In this document: in pieces, positions 53,772 to 64,000 of the stretch
How positions within the stretch are numbered: the stretch's first letter is position 1
Layout of the letters: each line of letters starts with the position of its first letter
Assembly (NCBI GenBank): GCA_026415355.1
Contig: JAOAHF010000004.1
Coordinates: forward strand, 13,897-77,896
Source: Brevinematales bacterium
GTDB lineage: Bacteria > Spirochaetota > Brevinematia > DTOW01
Direction: 5' to 3'
DNA length: 64,000 bases
Position numbers and translations under genes: made by a program
The notes under the pieces: model-generated
Databases searched by the model: none
Told to the model about the DNA's origin: nothing
Seen by the model: the letters and a program-made list of their open reading frames with translations, nothing else

Positions 53772-54467
53772 CTACAATTCTCTCAAAACTCTAACTAAAG
53801 TAAGTGAAAAAACTGACTTTGGATTTAATTCCCTTATCAACTCGGCAGATGCATTTATAGTACTACCCGTAGTAAAAACATCATCAACAATCAATACATT
53901 TTTGCCTGATAAATCAACTAAATTCCTCAAATAAAATCTTTTCTTAACTAAACTAGCTCTCTCATCTTTTGAAAGTTTTTTTTGCTCCTTTTGAAAAAGT
54001 TTCCTACCCAACAAACTAATGTACCTCTTTCCATTAGCTTTAGCTATAGGTAAAAATATCATCTTAACAAAATCAAAACCTCTTTCAACAACAGACTTAA
54101 TAGATGTCGGAACAGGAATAATTATATCAATATTAACCATGAATAATTCATCAACATTAATACGACCTATCTTGTAATTTAATACCTGTACCAAATGCTT
54201 TTGGCCACTAAACTTTATCTGATGCACTATATCTTTTAATAGTCCTTTGTAAACAAATAATGATATATTTCTATCAACAAAAATCCTGTTACTTTCACAA
54301 AAACTACACTTTCTGCTAGAATCTGGTAATCCACACACTCTACATGAAAGATTTGAATCTATCAGCGTTATATTAGATAAGCACTCCGTACATATACCAA
54401 AAGATAACTCCTTGTATGATAACTCATCACCACAGTTTACACAATAAGCATCCAAGAGTATTCTCAT
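53772..54467 (-). CDS. comFC: ComF-family protein (zinc-ribbon plus phosphoribosyltransferase domain)
   Basis: It has N-terminal CxxC..CxxC pairs and a C-terminal PRTase motif VLIVDDVFTTGST. Confidence 0.7.
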   Translation of the reverse strand: MRILLDAYCVNCGDELSYKELSFGICTECLSNITLIDSNLSCRVCGLPDSSRKCSFCESNRIFVDRNISLFVYKGLLKDIVHQIKFSGQKHLVQVLNYKIGRINVDELFMVNIDIIIPVPTSIKSVVERGFDFVKMIFLPIAKANGKRYISLLGRKLFQKEQKKLSKDERASLVKKRFYLRNLVDLSGKNVLIVDDVFTTGSTINASAELIRELNPKSVFSLTLVRVLREL

Positions 54468-55054
54468 CTATTTAATATCCTTTTAGTACCTTTTACATTC
54501 ATTGTAAATTCTAATTCTTGTCTATCATCACTTGAGTAACCAATAAATAAACCTTGTATGGTATTTTTTAACGTAATCCAGTACATATTTGATTTTGTAA
54601 AGTCCTCTAAAAATTTAACCTTACTCACAGTTACAGAAAGATTTGTGCTAGCATTACTCTTTACTAAAAGATCTTTGAATATATAAACAAAAACTCTATT
54701 TTCATTGTCTTGATTTATATAACTAGGAGTAGAAGTATATATTACAACCTTACTTTCATTAGAAACACCGCTAAGAGACCAAACTAATGTTAATTTTGTG
54801 TCATATTCAGTTTGGTTAGTTATCTTAAAGTTAAAACGAACTTCATTTATAGACACTCCTTCAAGATTATCTCCAATCCCAAACGAACTTTCAGCCCAAA
54901 ACTCCGTACCATAAACACCTGTTAGTCGTATTTCGTTTGAGTATGGGCCTAACTCTATTTCAAATGGAATTTCAGCTAAAGAACACCCACTGAAAACTAA
55001 TATTGTAGAAACACCTACAACAAACATCCAATTTTTCATATAATCTAACCTCAC
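54464..55054 (-). CDS. Lipoprotein, uncharacterised
   Basis: It has a lipobox (VFSGCSL). It overlaps the comFC start by 4 nt. Confidence 0.5.
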   Translation of the reverse strand: MRLDYMKNWMFVVGVSTILVFSGCSLAEIPFEIELGPYSNEIRLTGVYGTEFWAESSFGIGDNLEGVSINEVRFNFKITNQTEYDTKLTLVWSLSGVSNESKVVIYTSTPSYINQDNENRVFVYIFKDLLVKSNASTNLSVTVSKVKFLEDFTKSNMYWITLKNTIQGLFIGYSSDDRQELEFTMNVKGTKRILNR

Positions 55055-55177
55055 AAAAATAATATAAATTTAAAAAACAAAGTTTCAAACAAAACCCTTA
55101 ATGTATAAATATATAGAAACTCCAAACTCATATACACCAATCCATTCCAAAAAAGAGCAATTTTAAGAAAACTCTAA

Positions 55178-55207
55178 TTGACTGACAAATCAAACCATAT
55201 TTATAAT
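55178..55207 (+). promoter_or_regulatory. Sigma-70-like promoter for acpP
   Basis: It is TTGACT, an 18-nt spacer and TATAAT, ~25 nt upstream of the AGGAGG RBS. Confidence 0.5.
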
Positions 55208-55232
55208 AACGGCAAAACAAAGGAGGATATCT

Positions 55233-55469
55233 ATGGCTGACATTTTTGAAAAGGTAAAGGACCTTATAGTTGACCAATTGGGTGTCGATGCATCTAAAGT
55301 CACACTAGAAGCATCGTTTGTCGAAGATTTAGGTGCTGACTCAATTGACATAGTCGAACTTATCATGTCTCTTGAGGAAGAGTTCGGTATAACCATTTCA
55401 GATGAGGATGCTCAGAAAATCAGAACAGTAGGAGACGCAGTAGAATATATCAAATCTCACACAAAGTAA
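55233..55469 (+). CDS. acpP: Acyl carrier protein
   Basis: It has the DLGADSID phosphopantetheine attachment site and is 78 aa. Confidence 0.9.
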   Translation: MADIFEKVKDLIVDQLGVDASKVTLEASFVEDLGADSIDIVELIMSLEEEFGITISDEDAQKIRTVGDAVEYIKSHTK

Positions 55470-55512
55470 TCTATAATATCTAAAACGGGGGCTTCAAGCC
55501 CCTATCAATACT

Positions 55513-56037
55513 ATGACACCTGAAGGATTTATTGAAGCAATACTATTCGTATCAGGTAAAAAAATAAAGAAGTCTTTTTTAGATGATCTTCTCAAAAAAA
55601 CTTTTGGGCTAGCAGATATTGAAGTAACAATAAACTCACTTAACCAAAGATACGCTTCTTCAAACTCTGGGTTAAGAGTTTTCTCAACAGATGAGCACGT
55701 AGAAATGGTAACATCTGAGGAATACTATGAAATCCTGAAAGATATCTTCCCACAACAAGAAGAAGACGATCTTACAGAACCTCTTCTAGAAACTCTAACA
55801 ATAATAGCATATAAACAGCCCATCGAAAAAACAGAAATCGATAAAATAAGAGGCGTAGCATCAGGTAGAGCGATATCTATCTTGATTGAAAAAGGTTTTG
55901 TAAAACCTATTAAAAATTCTAATATATCAGATAAAATTAGTTACATAACAACTGACAAGTTCCTAAATTACTTTGGGCTAAAAAGTCTTAATGATTTACC
56001 AGATATTGAATCTATCAAATCATCTGTTAACAAGTAA
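55513..56037 (+). CDS. scpB: Segregation and condensation protein B
   Basis: The N-terminal EAILFVSG block and winged-helix repeats fit ScpB. Confidence 0.8.
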   Translation: MTPEGFIEAILFVSGKKIKKSFLDDLLKKTFGLADIEVTINSLNQRYASSNSGLRVFSTDEHVEMVTSEEYYEILKDIFPQQEEDDLTEPLLETLTIIAYKQPIEKTEIDKIRGVASGRAISILIEKGFVKPIKNSNISDKISYITTDKFLNYFGLKSLNDLPDIESIKSSVNK

Positions 56038-57915
56038 TTCTTTTTCTGCCAGCCTTAGTACATTTTTTGATATACCCTCTGCATCCATTTCATAATCCTT
56101 GAAAAGTTCATCTCTAGATCCAAGACCTGGAAAAACATCAGGTACTCCTATATTTTCAAACTTACCTTTAAACCCACTCTTGTAAAGCTCTAAACCTATC
56201 GTTTCACCTATACCACCAGACTTAATACCATCTTCAACTGTTACAACCACTTTTGCCTTAGAGGAAATATACTTTATCATTTCCTTATCAAGTGGTTTTA
56301 TAAAAACTAAGTCAACTACTCCTACATCAAATCCTTTCTGAATTAAGATATTTCTTGCTTCAATAGCATACTTTAGCATATGTCCCACCGAAATTATAAA
56401 TATACCATCAGAATCATAAATTAACCTGCTTTTCCCAAACTCCAACTTCGTATTACCCATCAAAATATCATCCGAATTATACTTATCTTTTGGATATCTT
56501 ATTACAACCGGAGATTTTATAGATATACTGAATTCTAACATTCTCTCCAAATCTTTACCTGTTGAAGGTGCCATTATCACAAAATTGGGTAACTGCTTTA
56601 GGAAAGATATATCAAACACACCTTGATGTGTTTCTCCATCATTACCAACCACACCTGCTCTATCAACCGCAAATATAACTTGCTTTCCAAATATTGACAC
56701 ATCATGTATAACTTGATCGTATGCCCTCTGTAAAAACGTTGAATATATAGCATAAACAGGTATAGCATTAGCAATACTAATACCCAAAGAAAATGTACAT
56801 CCGTGTTGTTCCGCTATTGCTACATCATAGAATCTGTTAGGGAATCTTTTGGCAAATTCAATTAATCCTGACCCTTCTCTCATAGCAGGTGTGATACAAA
56901 CCAAACTACTGTACTTTTCTCCTAATTCAACTATTTTTCTTGAAAAAACCTCTGTGTAAGTTCCTACTTGTTTCTGCACTTCATCAGAAACACCAACTTT
57001 TGGATCAAATACAGGTACTGAATGATATTTGACAGGATCTTCTTCAGCAAATTTATATCCCCTACCCTTTTGAGTCAACACATGAAGTAGAACAGGTTTA
57101 TCCGTTTTATCCCTTATATATTCAAAAACATCAACAAGTTCTACTACATCATGTCCATCAAACGGCCCAAGATACCTAACACCTAATATGTCAAACATCA
57201 TACTCTTAGGTAAGAAAAAAGATTTAACTGATTCAAAAAATCTATAAGAAATGTTTTTTATAAAACTTCCATTCAAAGATATATGCTTTCTTATAATATC
57301 AGAAGTTTTAGTCATTATAAGTTTATTGAACAAATGAGTTACAGCACCTACATTAGGTGATATACTCATTCCATTGTCATTAAAAACTATAATAACATTA
57401 CTCCTATAGTAACCTATATTATTAAGTGCCTCATAGGCCATACCTGCAGTCATTGCTCCATCACCTATTACAGCAATAACATTCTCATTACTTTTGTTCA
57501 ACACTTTATTCCCCTCAGCTATACCTTGAGCTATCGAAAGTGAAGTACTACTATGTCCCGCATGAACTATATCATATTCACTTTCTGAAGGTTTTAGATA
57601 TCCGTAAAGTCCTCTATATTTTCTAAGCTCACCAAAACGATTTTTCCTACCTGTCAATATCTTGTGCACATAAGCTTGATGCCCAACATCCCATACAATC
57701 TTATCCCTTGGCATATCAAATACATAGTGTAAAGCAACCGAAAGTTCAACTACTCCCAAACTAGGTGCAAAATGACCACCTGTCTTCGAAACATTTTCTA
57801 TAAGAAATTGCCTAATCTCTTCACAGAGTAACGGAAGATCAGATTTACTACATTTCTTAAGATCAGACGGATAGTTAATATTCTCGAGTACTTTATACAT
57901 ACTCACTCTCCACAA
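56020..57915 (-). CDS. dxs: 1-deoxy-D-xylulose-5-phosphate synthase
   Basis: It has the ThDP motif GDGAMTAGMAYEALNN and the N-terminal GGHFAPSLGVVELSVALHYVF. Confidence 0.9.
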   Translation of the reverse strand: MWRVSMYKVLENINYPSDLKKCSKSDLPLLCEEIRQFLIENVSKTGGHFAPSLGVVELSVALHYVFDMPRDKIVWDVGHQAYVHKILTGRKNRFGELRKYRGLYGYLKPSESEYDIVHAGHSSTSLSIAQGIAEGNKVLNKSNENVIAVIGDGAMTAGMAYEALNNIGYYRSNVIIVFNDNGMSISPNVGAVTHLFNKLIMTKTSDIIRKHISLNGSFIKNISYRFFESVKSFFLPKSMMFDILGVRYLGPFDGHDVVELVDVFEYIRDKTDKPVLLHVLTQKGRGYKFAEEDPVKYHSVPVFDPKVGVSDEVQKQVGTYTEVFSRKIVELGEKYSSLVCITPAMREGSGLIEFAKRFPNRFYDVAIAEQHGCTFSLGISIANAIPVYAIYSTFLQRAYDQVIHDVSIFGKQVIFAVDRAGVVGNDGETHQGVFDISFLKQLPNFVIMAPSTGKDLERMLEFSISIKSPVVIRYPKDKYNSDDILMGNTKLEFGKSRLIYDSDGIFIISVGHMLKYAIEARNILIQKGFDVGVVDLVFIKPLDKEMIKYISSKAKVVVTVEDGIKSGGIGETIGLELYKSGFKGKFENIGVPDVFPGLGSRDELFKDYEMDAEGISKNVLRLAEKELLVNR

Positions 57916-58032
57916 GTACTTTTATACTAGTTAAATGTAAAAAAAAACCTCAAAAATTTCAAACAAAACTAGTAGTAAAGACCAGCAGATAACAACCTCA
58001 AAAATACAAATTAGCAAAAAGTTGTACAAATA

Positions 58033-58052
58033 AGGAGGATGTAACCTCCTTT
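58033..58052 (-). terminator. Intrinsic-terminator-like hairpin downstream of pntB
   Basis: A perfect 7-bp stem AAGGAGG/CCTCCTT with a 6-nt loop lies ~20 nt past the pntB stop, with a T-rich flank on both strands. Confidence 0.45.
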
Positions 58053-58072
58053 TATTGTTTAATCAAGATTTC

Positions 58073-59518
58073 TTAAGACTTTAGTTCTTTATATTCTCTG
58101 ACAATTTCTGAAAGCCCAGGCTTTGCATCCGCAAACAACATAAGTGTGTTATCATTTATAAATAGAGGATTAGGTATTCCAGCAAAACCTGGTGCCAAAC
58201 TTCTTTTTACTACAATAACTGTTTTTGCTTTGTCAACGTCCAGTATAGGCATACCATATATAGGTGTATCTTTAGCGTCTCTAGCCATAGGATTAACAAC
58301 ATCATTCGCACCAACAACTATGGCAACATCTGTATCAGGTAACATTTCGTTTGATTCTTCCATGGTTTTGAGCTTATCATAAGGTATATCAACTTCAGCA
58401 AGTAATACATTCATATGACCAGGCATTCTACCAGCAACAGGATGTATAGCAAAGTAAACTTCTTTACCATCCTTTGTAAGCTCATTGTACAAATCTCTTA
58501 CAACACTTTGCGCTTGTGCTACAGCAAGTCCATATCCCGGTACAATTGCAATAGTATTAGCGCTTTCTAAAATCATAGCAACTTCTTCTGGTGTAGTGGA
58601 TTTTACTTTTCCTTGATAAAAAGATTTATCATCTTGAACTTTGGACATTTCTGGCGGAGTTATATTACCCAGAAGTATTCCATAGAAATCTCTATTCATA
58701 GATTTTGCCATAATTCTTGTAAGTATAAGCCCAGAAGCACCTACTAATGCACCTACCATTATAAGTCCATGATTCAAGAACACAAATCCAAGCGTACCTG
58801 CAGATAAACCAGCATAGGATATGAACAAAGATATAACAACAGGCATATCTGCTCCACCAACTGCAAGAGTTAGAGACAAACCTAAAAGCGAAGCAAGTAT
58901 TAAAATACCAAACATATACGTCAGATTATCAGGATACAAAGTTAAAAGAACCCCAAAAACTATTATGCCAATAAGTAACGTAAGATTTACAAAATTCTTA
59001 GCAGGCAAAACTATAGGTCTTTCAGTTATAAGTTTTTGTAGTTTCGCAAACGCAACCATACTACCCCAGAATGTTATAGTTCCAACAAACATATCAAGAG
59101 CAACAGCTCCATGAAAATACATTGATTTGGTAGCTTGATCAAAAGGTAACTTTTCTACGTTTGGTGGTAATTTGCCTTTAAGAAACTCAACTATAGCAAC
59201 TAAAGCAGAAACTCCTCCTCCAAAACCATTAAGAATAGCAACAAACTGTGGTATTGCTCTCATATCAACAAGATAAGCAGACAAAACTCCAACAATAGAA
59301 GCTAATATACCCGCAATTATTATAAGTTCATATGAAACTATTCCTTTGTATAAAAGGGTAGCAACAACAGCAACTGTCATTCCAAAAGCACTTAGCCAAT
59401 TACCTTTTCTAGCAGTTCTAGCTGATGTCAATAACTTTAAACCAAAAATAAAGAATAAAACTGTAAATAGATAAAAAACCGTTTGATATTCAGTAGCGAT
59501 GTTTCTTATGAAATCCAT
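58073..59518 (-). CDS. pntB: NAD(P) transhydrogenase subunit beta
   Basis: It has the C-terminal dIII signature IHPVAGRMPGHMNVLLAEV and N-terminal TM helices. Confidence 0.85.
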   Translation of the reverse strand: MDFIRNIATEYQTVFYLFTVLFFIFGLKLLTSARTARKGNWLSAFGMTVAVVATLLYKGIVSYELIIIAGILASIVGVLSAYLVDMRAIPQFVAILNGFGGGVSALVAIVEFLKGKLPPNVEKLPFDQATKSMYFHGAVALDMFVGTITFWGSMVAFAKLQKLITERPIVLPAKNFVNLTLLIGIIVFGVLLTLYPDNLTYMFGILILASLLGLSLTLAVGGADMPVVISLFISYAGLSAGTLGFVFLNHGLIMVGALVGASGLILTRIMAKSMNRDFYGILLGNITPPEMSKVQDDKSFYQGKVKSTTPEEVAMILESANTIAIVPGYGLAVAQAQSVVRDLYNELTKDGKEVYFAIHPVAGRMPGHMNVLLAEVDIPYDKLKTMEESNEMLPDTDVAIVVGANDVVNPMARDAKDTPIYGMPILDVDKAKTVIVVKRSLAPGFAGIPNPLFINDNTLMLFADAKPGLSEIVREYKELKS

Positions 59519-59528
59519 ACATTACCTC

Positions 59529-59819
59529 CTACTTCTTCTTTTTATCACCCCTAAACATAGCAAGCATTCTATCTGCTATAAAGTATCCACCAACAACATT
59601 AACAGTACCCATAACTAGCGCTATAACAGAAAGTACTGTTGTAAGAAGCGTTGTAGCAGTACCTGTTACCTCTATAGCACTAACAACCATTATAGAAGCC
59701 ATCGCATGAGAAGCAACAACTAAAGGTGTGTGTAGAATAGGGGGAACTTTTGTAATAACTTCAAAACCAATAATCAAAGCCAAAACAAACAAAATCACCG
59801 CAGCAATAATAGGATCCAT
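59529..59819 (-). CDS. pntA: NAD(P) transhydrogenase subunit alpha, membrane part (PntAB)
   Basis: 96-aa TM protein between pntAA and pntB. Confidence 0.75.
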   Translation of the reverse strand: MDPIIAAVILFVLALIIGFEVITKVPPILHTPLVVASHAMASIMVVSAIEVTGTATTLLTTVLSVIALVMGTVNVVGGYFIADRMLAMFRGDKKKK

Positions 59820-59830
59820 AAATTACCTCC

Positions 59831-60973
59831 TTATCCTAATGCTTTTTTAACAAGAGGATTGACAATCTCACCATCTTTAGTAACAAGAGTACCTGAAATT
59901 ATCTCATCACTGGTGTCTATACTAAGGTTACCATCCTTTATCAAAAGAGACAAGAAATTTTTTATATTGTTTGAATACATCTGACTAGCATGAACTGGAA
60001 CAGTACTAGGTAAATTAACAAGGCCCGCTATTTTTACACCATTATAATCATATATCTCTCCAGGCTTAGTCAATTCGCAATTACCTCCTTTCTCTGCTGC
60101 TAGATCTATTATCACGCTACCTTTCTTCATTCTTTCAACCATTTCTTTAGTAATAAGTATAGGTGCTTTTTTACCTGGTACTGAAGCAGTTGAAATAACA
60201 ACATCACTGTACTCTAGTACTTTCATCATCATTTCTCTTTGTTTTTGATAAAATTCTTCGGATAACGCTTTAGCATATCCTGATTTATCGCTAGCTTCTT
60301 TAGTCTCAAGTCCAAGCTCAATAAATTTACCTCCAACGCTTTGTACTTGTTCTTTAACCTCAGGTCTAACATCATATGCTTCAACAACTGCTCCAAGTCT
60401 TTTCGCAGTAGCAATAGCCTGAAGTCCCGCAACTCCAGCACCTATTACAAAAACTTTCGCTGCCATTAGATTACCAGCTGCCGTCATAAACATAGGGAAA
60501 ACTTTAGGTAAAAGCTCAGATGCAATCAAAACAGCTTTATACCCTGCAATAGTAGCCATAGAACTCAATACATCCATACTTTGAGCTCTGGTTATCCTAG
60601 GTATAAGCTCCAAAGAAAAAGAAATAACTCCTTGTTCAGCAAACATCTTAGCAACTTCAGGATTAGCAAGAGGCTCCGTCATGCCAATAACAATAGTATC
60701 TTTCTTCATTTTTTTTATATCCTGAATATTATTGGTATCCGAACCAGGAGCTCTAACATATGTAATAATATTCGCGTTGTTTAGTATATCTTCTCTACTA
60801 ACTAACTTAGTTCCAGCATTTTCATACTCTTGGTCTAAGTAATACGCACCTTCCCCTGCTCCCCTCTCAACCCAAACTTCTAATCCTAATTTCTTCAAAG
60901 AAGGAATAACAGATGGTATAACAGAAACCCTCCTCTCACCTGGAAATGTCTCCTTCACTACACCTAAAATCAT
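59831..60973 (-). CDS. pntA: NAD(P) transhydrogenase subunit alpha part 1 (dI, alanine dehydrogenase/PNT fold)
   Basis: It has a Rossmann motif VIGAGVAGLQA and an AlaDH/PNT N-terminal domain. Confidence 0.85.
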   Translation of the reverse strand: MILGVVKETFPGERRVSVIPSVIPSLKKLGLEVWVERGAGEGAYYLDQEYENAGTKLVSREDILNNANIITYVRAPGSDTNNIQDIKKMKKDTIVIGMTEPLANPEVAKMFAEQGVISFSLELIPRITRAQSMDVLSSMATIAGYKAVLIASELLPKVFPMFMTAAGNLMAAKVFVIGAGVAGLQAIATAKRLGAVVEAYDVRPEVKEQVQSVGGKFIELGLETKEASDKSGYAKALSEEFYQKQREMMMKVLEYSDVVISTASVPGKKAPILITKEMVERMKKGSVIIDLAAEKGGNCELTKPGEIYDYNGVKIAGLVNLPSTVPVHASQMYSNNIKNFLSLLIKDGNLSIDTSDEIISGTLVTKDGEIVNPLVKKALG

Positions 60974-61117
60974 AAATATACTCCCTTACAGTATTTTTAT
61001 GTTAAGTATAAATAAGTAAAACAAATTTTGTAAAATTGTTTTAATTATTAGAATACTAACTAGATGAATTTCTCAAATATTATTTTTTAAAATTTGTAAT
61101 CCAAGTGAGGAACTACT

Positions 61118-63826
61118 ATGAATTACGATTTTTCAACAATAGAAAAGAAGTGGCAAGAAAAGTGGCACAAATCAGGTGTTTTTAAATCTATCATAGACAA
61201 AAACAGAAAAAAATACTACGTTCTTGTGATGTTTCCATACCCTTCAGGTAAAATACATATGGGACACGTAAGAAATTATACGATAGGAGACGTTGTCGCT
61301 AGGTACAAAAAAATGAAAGGATACAATATACTACATCCTATGGGATGGGATGCTTTTGGATTACCTGCAGAAAATGCTGCTATAAGTAAAGGAGTCCATC
61401 CAGCTGAATGGACGTATTCAAACATAGAGACAATGAAATCACAGCTAAAAAAATTAGGTTTTGCTTACGATTGGGATAGAGAAATAACAACTTGCGATCC
61501 TGAATACTATAAATGGAATCAATGGTTCTTCCTAAAAATGTATGAAAAAGGGCTTGTATACAGAAAATCTGCTCCTGTCAATTGGTGTCCAAATTGTAAT
61601 ACGGTACTAGCAAATGAACAAGTTATAGAAGGCAAATGTTGGAGATGTGGAACTGAAGTTGAAATAAGAAATATTGAACAGTGGTTTATAAAGATTACTG
61701 AATATGCTGACAGACTACTCGAAGACCACAAAAAACTCGGCAAATGGCCTGAGAAAGTAATACTAATGCAAAAAAATTGGATTGGTAAAAGTTTTGGAGT
61801 GGTAGTTAACTTCAAACTTGACGATGGAAGAGACTTTCCAATTTTCACAACAAGACCTGATACAATATACGGTGTTACATACATGGCTATCTCACCAGAA
61901 CACCCCCTAGTCGACGAAATCATAAAAGAAAATCCTAGTATTGAAAGTGAAGTAAAGCGAATGAGAAAAGAAGATTACAAACTAAGGACATCAGAAGAGT
62001 ATGAAAAAGAAGGTGTTTTCACAGGAAGATATATTATCAATCCTCTAACTCAAGATAAAGTACCCCTTTGGATTGCAAATTTTGTGCTCATGGAATATGG
62101 AACAGGTGCAATAATGTGTGTACCAGCACATGATGAAAGAGACTTTAAATTCGCAAAGAAATACAACTTACCTATAAAAGTAGTAATCCAACCCGAAAAC
62201 AAAACATTAGATCCTACAACAATGGAATCAGCATACACAGAAGAAGGTATAATGGTAAATTCTGGAGAGTTTTCAGGGATGAAAAGCAGTAAAGCTATAA
62301 TGAAAATCATAGAATATATTGAGGCTAAATCACTAGGCAATAGAAAATACAACTACAAAATAAAAGATTGGCTCATATCTAGACAAAGATATTGGGGAAC
62401 TCCTATACCTTTCGTAAAATGTAAAAAATGTGGCTATGTACCAGTACCTTATGAAGAATTACCAGTAATACTACCAAGAGATGTTGAATTTACTGGTAGA
62501 GGTAATCCTCTCGAAACAAACGAAAAATTTCTACATACAACGTGCCCAAAATGTAAATCAGAAGCAATAAGAGAAACAGATACCATGGATACCTTCTTCG
62601 ACTCAAGTTGGTATTATGCAAGATATACTTCACCAAAGAATGACAAAGAACCATTTGGCAAAGAAGAAAGCAATTATTGGCTAGATGTTGATCAATACAT
62701 AGGCGGAGTAGAACACGCTATACTACACTTGTTATATGCTAGATTTTTCCATAAGTTTATGAAAGATTTAGGGCTAGTTCAAAGTGATGAACCATTTACC
62801 AACCTACTCACCCAAGGTATGGTAAACAAAAAATGGGTAAGCATATCAATGCTACTGGATTACTTAGGAATTTCCGAGCAAAGTACAGTAAAAGATCTAT
62901 TATCTTTTTTAAGTTTAAAACTGCAAATAAATTCTCCTTCACTAAATGACAACAAAACAATTAGCAAAGTCATGGAAGAAAACCATCTTACACTTGCTAG
63001 TAACATATCACTATTTTTCAACGCAATCGGTGGTGAATGGAATGAGGTTATCAGAAAGTTAGAAGAAACAATTGGAGAATCTGCAAAAATGTCAAAATCA
63101 AAACACAATACTGTTGATCCGGATGAAATGATAGAAAAATATGGAGCAGATGCAGTTAGACTGTTTATACTTTTCGCCGCACCACCAGAGAAAGATATGG
63201 ATTGGAGTGATGAAGGTATAGAAGGAGCATATAGATTCCTAAACAGAGTTTGGAGACTCGTTATAAACAACTTAGATTCTATTAAAACCTCAAAATCAAT
63301 GGACTACCAAAATATAAACCTTTCATCTCTTACAAAAAAATCAAAGGATTTAATAACCAAAATAAACAGAACTATTAAAAAAGTAGGAGATGATTTAGAA
63401 AGAGATTTCAGTTTTAATACTGCAATATCGTCACTCATGGAGCTTACAAATGCTTTGTATTCATTCTCCGCCGAAAATGAGATTGAAAAAATGATTTTTA
63501 GAGAAGGAATTGAAAAGTTACTTATTCTACTTAACATATTCACTCCTCACATAGCAGAAGAACTATGGAGTATAATAGGACATGAAGAAATGCTATGCTC
63601 TAAGGAATGGCCCGAGTACGATAGTAGATTCCTGTCTTACGATACCATCGAAGTAGTATTCCAGATAAACGGAAAAGTAAAAGCCAAAGCAGAAGTTTCA
63701 ACCAACATAACTGACGAAGAACTAAAAAGAATTGCTCTAGAAAACGAAGCTATCAAAAATTCACTAAAAACAGAACCTAAAAAAATTATAGTCGTACCTA
63801 AAAAACTTGTCAACATAGTAGTTTAA
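61118..63826 (+). CDS. leuS: Leucyl-tRNA synthetase
   Basis: It has the HMGH region ([15 protein letters not shown]), the KMSKS motif, and editing and anticodon-binding domains. Confidence 0.9.
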   Translation: MNYDFSTIEKKWQEKWHKSGVFKSIIDKNRKKYYVLVMFPYPSGKIHMGHVRNYTIGDVVARYKKMKGYNILHPMGWDAFGLPAENAAISKGVHPAEWTYSNIETMKSQLKKLGFAYDWDREITTCDPEYYKWNQWFFLKMYEKGLVYRKSAPVNWCPNCNTVLANEQVIEGKCWRCGTEVEIRNIEQWFIKITEYADRLLEDHKKLGKWPEKVILMQKNWIGKSFGVVVNFKLDDGRDFPIFTTRPDTIYGVTYMAISPEHPLVDEIIKENPSIESEVKRMRKEDYKLRTSEEYEKEGVFTGRYIINPLTQDKVPLWIANFVLMEYGTGAIMCVPAHDERDFKFAKKYNLPIKVVIQPENKTLDPTTMESAYTEEGIMVNSGEFSGMKSSKAIMKIIEYIEAKSLGNRKYNYKIKDWLISRQRYWGTPIPFVKCKKCGYVPVPYEELPVILPRDVEFTGRGNPLETNEKFLHTTCPKCKSEAIRETDTMDTFFDSSWYYARYTSPKNDKEPFGKEESNYWLDVDQYIGGVEHAILHLLYARFFHKFMKDLGLVQSDEPFTNLLTQGMVNKKWVSISMLLDYLGISEQSTVKDLLSFLSLKLQINSPSLNDNKTISKVMEENHLTLASNISLFFNAIGGEWNEVIRKLEETIGESAKMSKSKHNTVDPDEMIEKYGADAVRLFILFAAPPEKDMDWSDEGIEGAYRFLNRVWRLVINNLDSIKTSKSMDYQNINLSSLTKKSKDLITKINRTIKKVGDDLERDFSFNTAISSLMELTNALYSFSAENEIEKMIFREGIEKLLILLNIFTPHIAEELWSIIGHEEMLCSKEWPEYDSRFLSYDTIEVVFQINGKVKAKAEVSTNITDEELKRIALENEAIKNSLKTEPKKIIVVPKKLVNIVV

Positions 63827-64000
63827 TTTACTCCAAAGGATATGTAACAGCATCAGAAAAACATTTTACCCTTATATTTGTCCCTTGAGAATACTAGAGT
63901 TAGATAATATATTAAAAAATAAAAAACTTGAAGAAACAACTGTTACTTACCTATAAATGACTATACTAGGAAATGAAGAAAAACTATATTGTATACACAC

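Noticed and set aside
60229-60784. Small ORFs on both strands inside pntAA
   Set aside because: They are embedded in a well-supported gene, so they are shadow ORFs.
59529-60973. Split pntA (two alpha-subunit genes)
   Set aside because: The three-gene pntAA-pntAB-pntB arrangement is common in many bacteria and is not a disruption.
62800-63100. Apparent insertion in LeuS before KMSKS
   Set aside because: The position corresponds to the normal leucyl-specific domain of bacterial LeuS, so it is not an intein or a foreign insert.

Overview
This is an AT-rich (~30% GC), densely coded bacterial chromosomal segment. Its gene content and the type-A RNase P RNA resemble a thermophilic Thermotogota-like genome (Thermosipho/Fervidobacterium type), a low-confidence guess from composition and homologies only. 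Most of the window is housekeeping: obg, rmlC-crcB-DUF190, dapL, a GH53 galactanase, trpF, purQ, rnpB, ilvB, dnaJ, livF, thpR, pyrC, xerC/D, DAHP synthase, ddl, hisD, ilvC, ridA, scpA, a MoxR-DUF58 operon, leuA, flhA-flhF-flhG, an MCP, gltX, a sensor kinase, acpP, scpB, dxs, pntAAB and leuS. I found no CRISPR array, tRNA, IS element or prophage. Items worth a second look: (1) a frame-disrupted restriction-type SF2 helicase running off the 5' edge, with probable defence-locus neighbours outside the window; (2) an rnpB gene absent from the ORF track, abutting the ilvB stop; (3) an operon pairing an orphan sensor histidine kinase with a 906-aa protein that combines a CarD/TRCF-like RNAP-interacting motif and a GreA C-terminal domain, plus a TPR protein, comFC and a lipoprotein, the best candidate here for an undescribed regulatory module; (4) a G8 homopolymer exactly at the flhA start; (5) an A-rich orphan ORF between the galactanase and trpF; (6) an 80-bp near-identical internal repeat in a beta-helix surface protein; (7) several lipoproteins and secreted proteins without assignable function, including a GH57-like lipoprotein. 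All product assignments come from reading the translated motifs; none was confirmed by a database search.
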